64,000 nucleotides of DNA from a bacterium (GCA_043800725.1 JAZDMR010000011.1:21369-85368); one strand, 5' to 3'; shown: positions 29,295 through 40,332, numbered from the stretch's first letter. The notes: a model not told the origin generated them from the letters alone. Numbers and translations: made by a program.

Positions 29295-32200
29295 ATGCTT
29301 GTGAAACGATTTTATCTAGGAATTATTACGGGAATTTTATTAACCAGTGTTCTGACACTGGCTTTGGCGTATTTTGGGTCTCCTGCTCCGGTAGAAGCTC
29401 AAACCTCCTTTTCAATCGAGGATATTGGCGGTCAGGTGGGCCTAGGCACCGCTGATCTTAAGGGGGTGGTTATCAATGTCATCAAATGGGCGCTGGGCAT
29501 CATGGCTCTGGTCGCCGTGTCTTTTATCATTTACGGCGGCATAATCTGGATGACTTCGCACGGCAATAAGGATAAGATTGATAAAGCCAAGCAGATTATC
29601 ATCAGCGCCGTGATCGGACTGATCATCGTGCTGATTTCCTGGGCCATCGTTACCTACGTCATCAATACCTTTATTGACGTTACCGGCGAACCTGGGCCCG
29701 AATGTACTATTGAAGGAGAGAGCTGCGGCTGGTGTCTGGTCTGTAATGCTAGTTTAAATTGCGTTCCTGATTTAATTAGTCCTCAGTGTCAGCTGCCAGC
29801 CAATAGCTTCCGAGTGATTGATATTGAAACATCTCATGAGGCCGGTCTTGGCAATAACCAGGAAGTTAATCGCTGCAGCAAGGTCAAGCCGGAGTTTAAC
29901 CACCTTGTTGACGTTGTAACCTTTGATGCGGTCGTAGCTGACGGTTCGTTAAAAGTAGCTCGAGCTGATGATGACAATGCTATTGTTAACGGCACTTGGT
30001 CGAGAACAGACAAGGTTATCACCTTTGAGCACGAAGACGAGCTGTATGAAGAATTTACAGACTATAAAGCCCATATCCCCATAGATCTGAAAGATACCGG
30101 AGGCTTGGGATTAACCGGCTGTCAGGCAGATGGTGGCTGTACTCTCGTAGGAGATCATTATGAGTGGATTTTCACTACCAATGATCAGCTAGATGAGATT
30201 GCGCCGTTTGTTGAGCATGCTTATCCAGTGATCAGCACAGAGGTTGGCTATCCGGACACTGATGTGAATCGCGATCCGATCATCAGTATTTGGTTTAATG
30301 AGGGGATTGATGAGACGACCATGGCGGACGGCAATAACAACCCGATTCCGACAGTGTTTAAGATTGAGCCGCTTGACGGACCTGGCGGCGTTGCCGGTCC
30401 GATGATTGATCCTACTACTTTGATAGTCAGCAGCGGTTCTGGTAATCGGGTTGATATTTCAATGGATGGCGGAAATATTTTGGAATCGTTTACTCGGTAT
30501 CGAATCACCGTTCAGAATGTTGAAGACCTATGCGGCAACCTGTTATGGCCGCCCGAAGTTTGGGAATTTGAAACCAATGATACGGTGGCCGGTATTGCGG
30601 GCTGGGATCCGACCGGCGATCAGGTTTGCCCGGATACCAATGTCACGGTGGTCTTTACAACCTCAATGTGGAACAACCAAGTAGAAATCCAGATTGATAA
30701 TCCAGCTACTCCGGGCCTTGATATGCAAGCAGTTATGCCGCCACCGAGTGAATTTCCTGGCCCGCCTTATGAAGCGCCGGGAGTTGGCGGATTATTTGAA
30801 GTTATAGATCCTGGTGATCCAATAAATTCGCATTTCAAAGTGTATCGGTTTAACCCCACCGATGATCTGGCATCGAGCTTCGATTTCAATGTCACCATAT
30901 TGACCAACAAACAAATAAATCAGGACGGTGATCTGTTGACTGGTGGCTGGTCATTTGCCACCGCTACTCCGGAAACTTGCGTTTGTAAACCTTTTGTTAC
31001 GAGTATTTTTCCAGCAACCGGTTCACCTGGCCAGTGCGTGACTGTTCGCGGCAGCTGTTTTTTAGGCACCAATGACAACGCCGCTGTTCACTTGGACCCG
31101 GAATTCGATACTGATTTCACGGTTAATCCGCCCAACCCGGTTTCCGCGCCGACCTTAAACGACCCACAAGCAGATAATTTTATTGTCACCACTATTCCGG
31201 ACTCATTTGCTTTATATGATGAAGCTCATACACGGGTGACAACAGACTATGATGAAGACAGCTATGGTAATCAGGAATCCAATACTAATGTATCTTTTCG
31301 AATAACTGATCCAAATCCGGCCCAAGGCCCGTGTTTATTCGGCATATCGCCGGATGAAGGCTATCCTGATGTTACCGAGCCCACTGTCATGGGTATCCGG
31401 TTTAAAGAGCAAGGTGTTGGCAGCGCTGTTACTTATTTCAACAACCAAGAGGCGTCAATAGTGAGTTGGGATGATATTTCAAATCCAAACAAAGTAAAAA
31501 CCACAGTACCAACAAACGCTCTTACCGGAGGTGTTTACCTGACAGATAAAGACGGCAATGACTCAAATCCGGTTCCGTTTACGGTTCTTGAGTATCCGCC
31601 GGGTGAATTGTTCGTGACCAATCCCTGGCCCACCTGTACAGAGGCTTGTCCGAATTTGGTATTGCATAACAAATTTGCGCCGGACAACATTGACGTTAAT
31701 CCGACTACTATTTTACCCAACAACACCCTTGTTATGAAAAGATGCTCAGACCAGACCTGCACGGTATTTGATCCGGAGAATGTGGTTGTTGATAACGATA
31801 TCAGCTATGATTCTGACACTGACCGTTTGGAATTCCGCCCCAATGGAATACTTGATCCTGATCGCTGGTACGCGGCCATTTTAATTGGTGGAGATGGCGG
31901 CATTAAGGGGACAGAGGGCCAGATACTGGGTAATACCAATACCACGTATCTTACTTTTCCGGCCTATCAATGGAAGTTTAAAGTTAAAGATGATCCAACG
32001 CTTTGCCAGATTGACAGCGTTCAAGTCACTCCGGCCACTCGTTTTCTCGCTAATGAAGGCCAGACTGCTACATTTCATTCGGCTGCTTATGGTTCCCCGG
32101 ATTCATGCGATCCGGGCGGGCAGCAAATAGACGGCCGGCCCTGGGAGTGGACCATTACTCCGGCGGATGCGAACTTTAGTGATGATTCGGATACAGATGA

Positions 32201-34928
32201 TAATAATGCCGTCGTGACAGCTCTTCAGGAAACATTGAATCCGCCCCCACCGAACTGGGCCGATGTCAGAGCCGAACCGACCGATTCCAATGGCAACTTT
32301 GATACCGGCCAGTTAACTATTGATTATCTGTACTGCGATGAAACAACCGACTGCACCCAAGACGGCCTATGCGCTGGCAGTACCTGTAATAATGAAGCCC
32401 ATCGCTGCACCCCGGTAATTACCGAGTATACGCCGGCCGGAGGCGATATCGGCACTTGGCTGACTATTAAGGGCTGCTATTTCGGCAGTTACAAGAGAGG
32501 TGTTTGTAATGGTGGTAGCAATCACGGTGCATTATGCGATAGCCGGTGGCAGGATTGTCCAGGAGGGACCTGTGAAGGTGGTAGCCAAGTAATTTACTCG
32601 ACCGACAAGCAGGGTAACTGGGCTGATGATTCGATTTGTCCCAATCCCAGTCGCCTTTGGAGCAACTATGCCATTGTGGCTAATGAATTGCCCAATCGTT
32701 TGACGCCGGGAGACGGCAGCGACGATGCCGTAGACGGACCGATTTCAATAGTCCGGGGGATTGACGGTGAGATTGAGAGCACTAATGATGTATTTCCAGG
32801 CGAATTAATATTGGATGATTTTGACGTAAATGATGATGAAACTCCGGGCATTTGCGCCATAGTGCCTGATGAGGGCCGTGAAGGAGAAAATGTGGACGTA
32901 ATTGGACAGTATTTTGAAGATACTCAAGGAACAAACGACTCAGTTACTTTTGACGGGATTATCAGCGCAATTGAAAACTGGGCTGATAGCCTGATTGACG
33001 TATATGTTCCCTTGGGCGTTCCCTTCGGTTTAATTGATACTGTGGCCCATAAGGACGCAATTGACAGTAATGCTTATCCCTTCGAAGTGACGGTACCCTC
33101 TTGCTTGGTATGTATAAATGACGCTGATTGCAATGTGGGTTTTGGCTGCACTAATAACGGCTGCTGTGAGTCCTCGCCAAATGTAGTTGACACTATTCCG
33201 ATAAATGATGCCGCAGATGTGTGTCTAAATACTTTGGTTGGTGTCAATTTTGACAAGAATATGGACACCAGTACCATGAATGAAAATACCGTTGTAATGA
33301 CCTTGGCTGATGCAACTCTGGGAGATGGGGAGGTTTGCGGCAATAACAACGAATGCTACTCTGGCGTATGCCAGGCAGGTGCTTGCGTAGATGATTCAGT
33401 GAGTCTGACTTTTACCGAGAGATCAGGCCAGAGGTTAAGATTTTCTCCCGGGCTGCTGCTGCGCAATACTAAGTATCGAGTATTATTGACCGGACTTGAG
33501 AGTAGTCAAGGCGTGCGCATGCTTGATTACCTCTGGTTCTTCACCACGGTCGATAGTGATTCTGTCTGTGCTATTGATCGGATAGATGTTACCCCAAGTC
33601 TCTGGACCCCAGATATGGTAGGACAGACCCAAATCTTCACAGCCACCCCCGAGAGCGATTCCGGTCCGATCGGTGAAATCCCGGGTGTTTATGAGTGGGA
33701 TTGGAGCTGGAGCTCTTCAAATGATCTGGTGGCTACTTTGGGCGGTATTCAGGATAATGGCGATACCTCTGAAGCAACCGCAACCACCCAAAACGAAAAC
33801 GGCCAGTCAACTGTCACAGCCACAGCTTCGATATTTGAAAGCGGTTTGTCCACGGGCAGCAAGTCAGGCACAGCCCTGATTGACTATCTCAAGTGTGATA
33901 ATCCTTGGAGTTTTGATGATGCATCTTTGAATTGCGATCTGCCCGGCGAGGGTTGCGCAGATTATAATTTTCATATTGGCTATTGCCGCGATGGCAGCAA
34001 TTTATTGCCCGATTATAATTTACAGGTTGTCAAAGGCAAGACTGGAGATGTTCTCAAGCAGTACTTATTCAAAGAAAACGACCCTGACCAGGTTGATGCC
34101 ATTGGTTTGAGGATCTATAACAATACCGAGGGCTCATCTCCTGAGCAGTGGTTTATTAAGCAGTTTCCATATGAGTCAACCACGCCTTCGGGCTTGATTG
34201 TCGATGGGTATCAGGCAGTACGCAGCGGACGAACAGTCTATATGGCTGCTACGAATTTTGACGACGGAGCCAACACCTTGATACCTCATATGTATATATT
34301 TTCTTACAATGACGGAGCTTCTTCGGGCACTTTAAATATTTTCCAGCAGATGCTTGGCCGATTAAAGGTAAATACCAACCGTAATCCGGTGGAAAAAGAG
34401 GAGATTACCAGAGATACCAAACGGCTAGCGGATTTGCAAGACGTAAGTATGTCCCTGGAAGCCTACGGCAATACTAATGATCATTATCCTTCGATGGAAG
34501 CCGGCACCTACCTGATATCTATGAGCACTTCCAAGTGGCCTTCCTGGCAAAGTGCCTTAGGTAATGCCCTGGGCAAGACTTTGGATGTTGATCCGCTCAA
34601 TACCCTTAATACAGATTTTTGTCCCAACCCCCTTTATGATACGGACACCTGCTGGTCAGAGCCGACCAAAACCTTTATGTGCGTACCTGACTCATTTATT
34701 TATGCTTACAAAGCCATCCGGCATTGTCAGGGAGGAGGCGAAATTTGCATTTCAGACTCTGATTGCTCGGGAGTTTCTTGCGAGGAAGCTGATTCTTACT
34801 CAGTCTTTTCTCATATGGAGTATGGCGGAATTGGTAGTTGGATAATGGGCGGAATAGGCGACCCTTGCAGTTTTGACGTGGGTCAAGGCAACTCAGTATG
34901 TAATTGCTTTAATTACCAAAGACCCTAA
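29295..34928 (+). CDS. giant (1877 aa) Cys-rich cell-surface protein with an N-terminal signal/TM hairpin (pilin-like VirB2/TrbC-type segment) and repeated beta-rich domains
   Basis: uninterrupted 5.6-kb ORF; N-terminal 'IIYGGIIWMTSHGN...IISAVIGLIIVLISWAIV' double TM; numerous CxxC and D/N/T-rich repeats. Confidence 0.7.
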   Translation: MLVKRFYLGIITGILLTSVLTLALAYFGSPAPVEAQTSFSIEDIGGQVGLGTADLKGVVINVIKWALGIMALVAVSFIIYGGIIWMTSHGNKDKIDKAKQIIISAVIGLIIVLISWAIVTYVINTFIDVTGEPGPECTIEGESCGWCLVCNASLNCVPDLISPQCQLPANSFRVIDIETSHEAGLGNNQEVNRCSKVKPEFNHLVDVVTFDAVVADGSLKVARADDDNAIVNGTWSRTDKVITFEHEDELYEEFTDYKAHIPIDLKDTGGLGLTGCQADGGCTLVGDHYEWIFTTNDQLDEIAPFVEHAYPVISTEVGYPDTDVNRDPIISIWFNEGIDETTMADGNNNPIPTVFKIEPLDGPGGVAGPMIDPTTLIVSSGSGNRVDISMDGGNILESFTRYRITVQNVEDLCGNLLWPPEVWEFETNDTVAGIAGWDPTGDQVCPDTNVTVVFTTSMWNNQVEIQIDNPATPGLDMQAVMPPPSEFPGPPYEAPGVGGLFEVIDPGDPINSHFKVYRFNPTDDLASSFDFNVTILTNKQINQDGDLLTGGWSFATATPETCVCKPFVTSIFPATGSPGQCVTVRGSCFLGTNDNAAVHLDPEFDTDFTVNPPNPVSAPTLNDPQADNFIVTTIPDSFALYDEAHTRVTTDYDEDSYGNQESNTNVSFRITDPNPAQGPCLFGISPDEGYPDVTEPTVMGIRFKEQGVGSAVTYFNNQEASIVSWDDISNPNKVKTTVPTNALTGGVYLTDKDGNDSNPVPFTVLEYPPGELFVTNPWPTCTEACPNLVLHNKFAPDNIDVNPTTILPNNTLVMKRCSDQTCTVFDPENVVVDNDISYDSDTDRLEFRPNGILDPDRWYAAILIGGDGGIKGTEGQILGNTNTTYLTFPAYQWKFKVKDDPTLCQIDSVQVTPATRFLANEGQTATFHSAAYGSPDSCDPGGQQIDGRPWEWTITPADANFSDDSDTDDNNAVVTALQETLNPPPPNWADVRAEPTDSNGNFDTGQLTIDYLYCDETTDCTQDGLCAGSTCNNEAHRCTPVITEYTPAGGDIGTWLTIKGCYFGSYKRGVCNGGSNHGALCDSRWQDCPGGTCEGGSQVIYSTDKQGNWADDSICPNPSRLWSNYAIVANELPNRLTPGDGSDDAVDGPISIVRGIDGEIESTNDVFPGELILDDFDVNDDETPGICAIVPDEGREGENVDVIGQYFEDTQGTNDSVTFDGIISAIENWADSLIDVYVPLGVPFGLIDTVAHKDAIDSNAYPFEVTVPSCLVCINDADCNVGFGCTNNGCCESSPNVVDTIPINDAADVCLNTLVGVNFDKNMDTSTMNENTVVMTLADATLGDGEVCGNNNECYSGVCQAGACVDDSVSLTFTERSGQRLRFSPGLLLRNTKYRVLLTGLESSQGVRMLDYLWFFTTVDSDSVCAIDRIDVTPSLWTPDMVGQTQIFTATPESDSGPIGEIPGVYEWDWSWSSSNDLVATLGGIQDNGDTSEATATTQNENGQSTVTATASIFESGLSTGSKSGTALIDYLKCDNPWSFDDASLNCDLPGEGCADYNFHIGYCRDGSNLLPDYNLQVVKGKTGDVLKQYLFKENDPDQVDAIGLRIYNNTEGSSPEQWFIKQFPYESTTPSGLIVDGYQAVRSGRTVYMAATNFDDGANTLIPHMYIFSYNDGASSGTLNIFQQMLGRLKVNTNRNPVEKEEITRDTKRLADLQDVSMSLEAYGNTNDHYPSMEAGTYLISMSTSKWPSWQSALGNALGKTLDVDPLNTLNTDFCPNPLYDTDTCWSEPTKTFMCVPDSFIYAYKAIRHCQGGGEICISDSDCSGVSCEEADSYSVFSHMEYGGIGSWIMGGIGDPCSFDVGQGNSVCNCFNYQRP

Positions 34929-34942
34929 AGGAGAATACAAAT

Positions 34943-35425
34943 ATGGCCGATCCCTTACCTGAACAAAATTATAGTTCAACCCCAAATCCTTCAACGTTGT
35001 CAAAGTTGTCTAGAATTCGTATAATCCTTATGAGCGTTGCAGCGGTTGTCGTGGTGCTAGTAGTAATTAGATATTGGCCATTTGGCGATAATGCGGACAA
35101 TAATGTAAATCAGACGAATCAGACAGCCATAAGTCCGAATTTATCGCTAAAAATCTCTGATCAAGTAGCAGGAGAAACCAATGATCAGGACGGTGACGGA
35201 CTGACAGACGAAGAAGAACAGGCCCTAGGCACGGATATTACCAAAGTTGATAGCGACGATGATCTCTTGTTCGACAGTGAGGAATTGAACATCTATCAGA
35301 CAGACCCCTTAAATCCGGACACTGATTCAGATGGTTTGACAGATGGAGAGGAAGTAAAAAAAAGGCTTAACCCCAAAGGACCAGGACCCTTAGTTGATCT
35401 AAGTCAAGCAATCTCAGATAGTTAA
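34943..35425 (+). CDS. membrane-anchored protein with thrombospondin type-3-like Ca-binding repeats (DQDGDGLTDEEE)
   Basis: N-terminal TM; repeats D-x-D-G-D-G-L-T-D-x-E-E and 'DTDSDGLTDGEE'. Confidence 0.5.
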   Translation: MADPLPEQNYSSTPNPSTLSKLSRIRIILMSVAAVVVVLVVIRYWPFGDNADNNVNQTNQTAISPNLSLKISDQVAGETNDQDGDGLTDEEEQALGTDITKVDSDDDLLFDSEELNIYQTDPLNPDTDSDGLTDGEEVKKRLNPKGPGPLVDLSQAISDS

Positions 35426-35443
35426 TTTCTACTCTTAATAAGT

Positions 35444-36601
35444 ATGTTTGGACAAAAATCTAAAAATAAACAGGATCAAAAATCCTCATCCCAGCAATCC
35501 AGCCCAGAATCCATTCCTGTGCCGGTCAAATTCGAAGATATTCACACTATGCCTGAGAAATTTTTGAGCCAGGAAGCCAAACACGACCAGTCTGGCAAGA
35601 AACGCAGTTCAATCCTTTTAATCGTGATTATTATTACCTTGCTCATAGGCGGCGGATCAGCTGCAGCGGTATATTTTTTACTCCAGACAGACGATACAAA
35701 TGTAAATAATGAAGATAATATCACAAATTTCCAACTAAACGTAAATCTGGATATCAATACCAACGCGAATTTGAATACTAATCTGAATTCTAATAGTAAT
35801 TCAAGCAATGGTAATCTTAATCAAAACACCAACACCGGCAGCAATACTAATATTCCCACCAATCTTAATATCACTGGTAATACCAATACCGGAACCAATT
35901 TAAACCTTAATATTAATTCCAATACTAATACTTCTACCAACACAAACACGAGCACCACGCGAACAGACCCCCTGCCCATGGCCACCGACTCTGACGGAGA
36001 CGGTTTAACTGATCTGGAAGAGACTTTATACGGCACTAATGAGTTTCAGCCGGATTCTGACGGTGACAGCTTTATTGATGGAAAAAGCGTCAATACCAAT
36101 GGTCAGATAATCGGCGAGGTATACATGGGCTATAATCCAAATGGCATTGGCCGGCTGGATACTTCGGGTCTGGTAAGGTCATATGATAATTCGAATTTTT
36201 CATACTCCGTGCTTTATCCTTCCCGCTGGCTAGCCCAAGCAGCGACTACTGACGGCCGGATTGTGTTGTTTACCCCAAGCAATCCCACTGGCGAGTTTAT
36301 CCAGCTGATAGTGGAAGATAATCCCACCCGCCTTTCCGCCAGAAGCTATTATCTCAGCCTGAATCCGGGAGTAGAAGCAGCCGCCCTGGAAAATATTGTC
36401 GTCAATGGCCTAGAGGGGGTAGTCAGTCCCGAGGATGAATATGTATATTTTTCGAAAAATGATAAATTATACATTATCCATTATGCAGTTGGCCAAATCA
36501 GCGCGGTAAATTTCAGAACAACGTTTGAAATGATGTATCAGAATTTTCGGCTGACCAGTTTGACCAATACCAACACCAATCAAACCAATAGTAATCAGTA
36601 G
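35444..36601 (+). CDS. membrane-anchored protein with an N/T-rich low-complexity spacer and TSP3-like motifs
   Basis: TM, then (N-[LTS]-N)n tract, then 'DSDGDGLTDLEE' and 'DSDGDSFIDG'; globular C-terminus. Confidence 0.5.
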   Translation: MFGQKSKNKQDQKSSSQQSSPESIPVPVKFEDIHTMPEKFLSQEAKHDQSGKKRSSILLIVIIITLLIGGGSAAAVYFLLQTDDTNVNNEDNITNFQLNVNLDINTNANLNTNLNSNSNSSNGNLNQNTNTGSNTNIPTNLNITGNTNTGTNLNLNINSNTNTSTNTNTSTTRTDPLPMATDSDGDGLTDLEETLYGTNEFQPDSDGDSFIDGKSVNTNGQIIGEVYMGYNPNGIGRLDTSGLVRSYDNSNFSYSVLYPSRWLAQAATTDGRIVLFTPSNPTGEFIQLIVEDNPTRLSARSYYLSLNPGVEAAALENIVVNGLEGVVSPEDEYVYFSKNDKLYIIHYAVGQISAVNFRTTFEMMYQNFRLTSLTNTNTNQTNSNQ

Positions 36602-36617
36602 TTTAGCATTCAAGGGC

Positions 36618-37088
36618 ATGCGCCTTACCCTGGCCAATACCACATCATCGCACCTTCCCAAAACATTGGTAACTCGTGCTCTTCAGACAGCAGCCAGAAT
36701 AACCAGTAGCCGGAAACAGGTTTATGAGATAACAGTCAGTTTTGTCGGCGATCAACAGATCAAAAAAATAAACCGGCGCTATCGCAAGGCAGATCGAGTA
36801 ACAGACATTCTCTCGTTTACCTATCAGAGAGCAGAATCAAAAATTAATTATCGTAAGAATGCACCAAATTCACTCAAAGGTCCATATGGAGAATTGGTTC
36901 TGGCTCTTGATCAGATTACCCGTCAGGCGAAGCTGCACAATAAGACGATTAAAGCTGAACTGAGAGATGTATTGATTCATGGCTATCTGCATTTATTAGG
37001 ACACGATCATCACAAGGTAAGAGAGCGGAGAATAATGAGACAATGGGAGGACAGAATTAAAAGGGATTTTCAGCGAAAATTTTTTTAA
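36618..37088 (+). CDS. ybeY: rRNA maturation endoribonuclease YbeY
   Basis: 'HGYLHLLGHDH' metal-binding motif. Confidence 0.85.
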   Translation: MRLTLANTTSSHLPKTLVTRALQTAARITSSRKQVYEITVSFVGDQQIKKINRRYRKADRVTDILSFTYQRAESKINYRKNAPNSLKGPYGELVLALDQITRQAKLHNKTIKAELRDVLIHGYLHLLGHDHHKVRERRIMRQWEDRIKRDFQRKFF

Positions 37089-37093
37089 AGAGT

Positions 37094-37474
37094 ATGGGTT
37101 TTTTCAACATCCGCATATTAGCTAAAAGTTTCCGGTTTGCTTGGCGAGGCCTATCGACTGCTTTTAAAAACGAACAAAACTTCAGAGTCCAGTTAATTGC
37201 CGCAATAATTATCCTGGCGCTGATAGTCATTCTCCCCCTAGCCACCTGGGAGATAGTCGCCCTAATAATGATTACCACCTTGGTGCTGATTCTGGAGCTG
37301 ATCAATAGTATTTTTGAAAAACTAGCTGATATCCTAGAGCCGCGGATTCATTCATACGTCAGGGTGATAAAAGATTTAATGGCAGCTACGGTACTGATTG
37401 CTTCGATCGTATCGGTGATTATCGGACTGATTATCTTATTACCTCACTTCTATATTTTAAATATTTTTAAATAA
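37094..37474 (+). CDS. dgkA: diacylglycerol / undecaprenol kinase (DgkA family)
   Basis: 126 aa, 3 TM, 'LELINSIFE' matches the DgkA 'EILNSAIE' catalytic helix. Confidence 0.7.
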   Translation: MGFFNIRILAKSFRFAWRGLSTAFKNEQNFRVQLIAAIIILALIVILPLATWEIVALIMITTLVLILELINSIFEKLADILEPRIHSYVRVIKDLMAATVLIASIVSVIIGLIILLPHFYILNIFK

Positions 37475-37492
37475 TTCAACCGAGATTGTCGT

Positions 37493-38734
37493 ATGGCAAA
37501 AGATGAAATAATTTCAGGCTTAGACATTGGATCAGATATGATCCGGGTCGTAGTCGGACAAAAAAACCCAAATGATAATTCGCTCCAGGTTTTGGGAGCA
37601 GCTGAAAGCCCGTCTGAGGGAATAAGCAAGGGATCCGTAACGAGTATTGAAGATGCGGTATCTTCAATTTCTACCGCGCTTGAGCGGGCTGAGAGAATGT
37701 CAGGCCTGCCGATTGAATCTGCTTTTGTCGGCATGACCGGTACTCATATTACATCTCAGGATAGCCACGGAGTAATAGCGGTGGCCAAAGCGGATGGCGA
37801 AATCAAGGAAGACGATATTGAGAGAGTGATTGAAGCAGCTCAAGCCGTAGCAACGCCGCCGAATTTTGAGACCTTACACGTAATTCCCAGAATTTTCACG
37901 GTTGATAATCAGGAAGGCATCAAAGATCCGGTGGGGATGACCGGTATGCGTTTGGAGGTAGATGTTCAAATCATTCAGGGATTGTCTTCCCAAATAAAGA
38001 ATCTGACCAAGAGCATTTATCGTACCGGAATTCAGATTGATGATTTAGTTCTGGGCATTTTAGCTTGTGCTGAAGCGACTGTTACCAAGCGCCAAAGAGA
38101 GCTGGGCGTAGCGTTGGTTAATATCGGCGCCAGCACAACCTCGATTGTAGTTTTTGAGGAAGGCGATGTATTGCATACCAAGATATTGCCTATCGGCGCC
38201 AATCACGTAACCAGCGATATAGCAATCGGCCTAAGAACCTCGATTGATATAGCCGAAAAGATTAAACTTGAATACGGCTCAGCCTTGCCCGCAGAGATAA
38301 ATAAAAGAGAAGAGATTGATTTATCTGAGTTTGAAGGCGGAGAGAACACCGCAGTATCGCGCAAGCACGTGGCTGAAATAATTGAAGCTCGCACGGAAGA
38401 GATGTTCTCTATGATTGATAAAGAATTTCAACAAGTTGACCGGTCCGGAAGATTGCCTGCCGGAGTTGTTCTTACCGGCGGAGGAGCTAAGCTTCAAGGT
38501 ATTATCGAAGTGGCGAAAAATGAATTTCGATTACCAGCCAGCATTGGAATACCATTAAATATTATTAGCGCCATCGATAAAATTCAGGAGCCGACTTTTA
38601 CCTCCGCGGTAGGCTTGTTAGCCTGGGGTGCTGGCCTGGATAATCAATCTTCAGGCTTATCTTTAAAGCGTTTAGGCTCAGTTCGAGACGTTTCGGGCAA
38701 GCTGAAAGAATGGTTTAAATCATTTATTCCCTAA
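37493..38734 (+). CDS. ftsA: cell division protein FtsA
   Basis: actin-like ATPase fold, 413 aa, directly upstream of ftsZ. Confidence 0.85.
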   Translation: MAKDEIISGLDIGSDMIRVVVGQKNPNDNSLQVLGAAESPSEGISKGSVTSIEDAVSSISTALERAERMSGLPIESAFVGMTGTHITSQDSHGVIAVAKADGEIKEDDIERVIEAAQAVATPPNFETLHVIPRIFTVDNQEGIKDPVGMTGMRLEVDVQIIQGLSSQIKNLTKSIYRTGIQIDDLVLGILACAEATVTKRQRELGVALVNIGASTTSIVVFEEGDVLHTKILPIGANHVTSDIAIGLRTSIDIAEKIKLEYGSALPAEINKREEIDLSEFEGGENTAVSRKHVAEIIEARTEEMFSMIDKEFQQVDRSGRLPAGVVLTGGGAKLQGIIEVAKNEFRLPASIGIPLNIISAIDKIQEPTFTSAVGLLAWGAGLDNQSSGLSLKRLGSVRDVSGKLKEWFKSFIP

Positions 38735-38748
38735 TATCTTAGTTCTTG

Positions 38749-38778
38749 ATCATTCACGTTGACAAAGACGGTCTCGGA
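38749..38778 (+). promoter_or_regulatory. candidate internal ftsZ promoter TTGACA-17/18-TACACT with an embedded ACGGTC/GACCGT hairpin
   Basis: consensus -35 read from the sequence in the ftsA-ftsZ spacer. Confidence 0.3.
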
Positions 38779-38822
38779 CCGTTACACTAAGTAAGCGTGA
38801 AGGATTATCTACTTTAAGAAAC

Positions 38823-40022
38823 ATGTCAAAAAATCAACCAACAGAAGTTAAACCAGCCATAGAGACGTTTGCTAAAATTAAGGTGGTAGGCGTAGGTGGT
38901 TCTGGCGGAGCCGCGGTCAATCGAATGATTGATTCCCATATTCGCGGGATTGAATTCGTGGCGGTGAATACCGACGCCCAAGATTTGCATCATAATTCAG
39001 CCACTACCAAGATTCATATTGGCAAGACTACTACCCGAGGCTTGGGCGCGGGCATGGATCCAGACGTTGGCCGGAAAGCAGCAGAAGAAAACCAAGACGA
39101 AATCCACGATCTGCTCAAAGGTTCTGACATGGTTTTTATAACTTGCGGATTAGGCGGCGGCACAGGCACCGGGGCCGCCCCAGTGATTGCTGAGATTGCC
39201 AAGGACGTGGGCGCTTTAACAGTAGCCGTGGTGACCAAGCCTTTCAGTTTTGAAGGAGCGCAAAGACTGTCTATTGCTGAGGCCGGCCATGGTGAATTAT
39301 CTGAACGAGTTGATACGATTATTACAATTCCTAATGATCGACTGCTTCAGATAATTGATAAAAAAACTTCGCTTTTAGAATCATTTGCTATTGTTGATGA
39401 TGTGCTACGTCAGGGCGTTCAGGGCATTGCCGAGTTGATCACTGTGCCCGGTTTAATTAACGTAGACTTTGCTGATGTTAAAGCAATTATGGAAAACGCG
39501 GGTACGGCCCTAATGGGTATTGGCAGGGCTACCGGAGAAAATCGGGCTGTTGAGTCAGCCAAAGCAGCTATTGATTCGCCTTTGCTAGAATTGTCTATTG
39601 ATGGCGCACAGGGAATATTATTTACCGTGACTGGCGGCGATAAATTGTCTATGTTTGAGGTTAATGAAGCGGCAAAAATCATCACCAGCTCAGCAGATCC
39701 AAACGCAAAGGTTATTTTTGGTTCAGTTATTGATGAATCCTTAGGAGATGAGGTTAAAATTACGGTAATTGCTACTGGTTTTGGAAAGGGCAGCAACCGG
39801 CCAGTCATGAAAAAGATTGCTCATACCTCACCAATGGCTAAAAATGAAGATGAGCCAATGTCATCTTTTAGATCAGCGGCAACTCGCTCAATGGATGAAT
39901 CTCCAGATAAGCCAAAAAAGAAGATTGAATCCAATTTTACACCTCCACCAACTGTTGACGATAAGACTAAAGAAGAAGAGGAGCTTGAAATCCCGGCCTT
40001 CATCCGTAAGAAAATGCTCTAG
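38823..40022 (+). CDS. ftsZ: cell division GTPase FtsZ
   Basis: tubulin signature 'GGGTGTGAAPVIAEIAK', T7 loop 'NVDFADV'. Confidence 0.95.
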   Translation: MSKNQPTEVKPAIETFAKIKVVGVGGSGGAAVNRMIDSHIRGIEFVAVNTDAQDLHHNSATTKIHIGKTTTRGLGAGMDPDVGRKAAEENQDEIHDLLKGSDMVFITCGLGGGTGTGAAPVIAEIAKDVGALTVAVVTKPFSFEGAQRLSIAEAGHGELSERVDTIITIPNDRLLQIIDKKTSLLESFAIVDDVLRQGVQGIAELITVPGLINVDFADVKAIMENAGTALMGIGRATGENRAVESAKAAIDSPLLELSIDGAQGILFTVTGGDKLSMFEVNEAAKIITSSADPNAKVIFGSVIDESLGDEVKITVIATGFGKGSNRPVMKKIAHTSPMAKNEDEPMSSFRSAATRSMDESPDKPKKKIESNFTPPPTVDDKTKEEEELEIPAFIRKKML

Positions 40023-40129
40023 CTGTTGGATTACAGGAAGTAAACAGGAGCGAAAGTTAAATATCTAAAATAAAACGACTCTTTAGCAGAAAAACACTTG
40101 ATTTTACGGTGGATATGCCTTTAGCTATC

Positions 40130-40185
40130 TTGACAGTCCCATATATTGTGGTAAGCTTATAGGTGAACACACTAGATATGGGGGT
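40130..40185 (+). promoter_or_regulatory. tandem NrdR boxes overlapping a TTGACA -35 element upstream of nrdR-nrdJ
   Basis: 'CCCATATATTGTGG' and 'CACACTAGATATGGGG', each fitting the NrdR-box core (acaCwAtATaTwGtgt), centres about 32 bp apart. Confidence 0.55.
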
Positions 40186-40332
40186 TAAGGGGTGAACAGG
40201 CTAGGCCGGAAGTAAGTGAAACAGGCCATTGCCTGTTTTCGAACCCAAAAATAAAGCAATTTTACTAAATATATTCTAAACTACCCTGCCTCCGAAAAGG
40301 CAGCGCAGGTGATATGTCTTAATTGACTAAAA

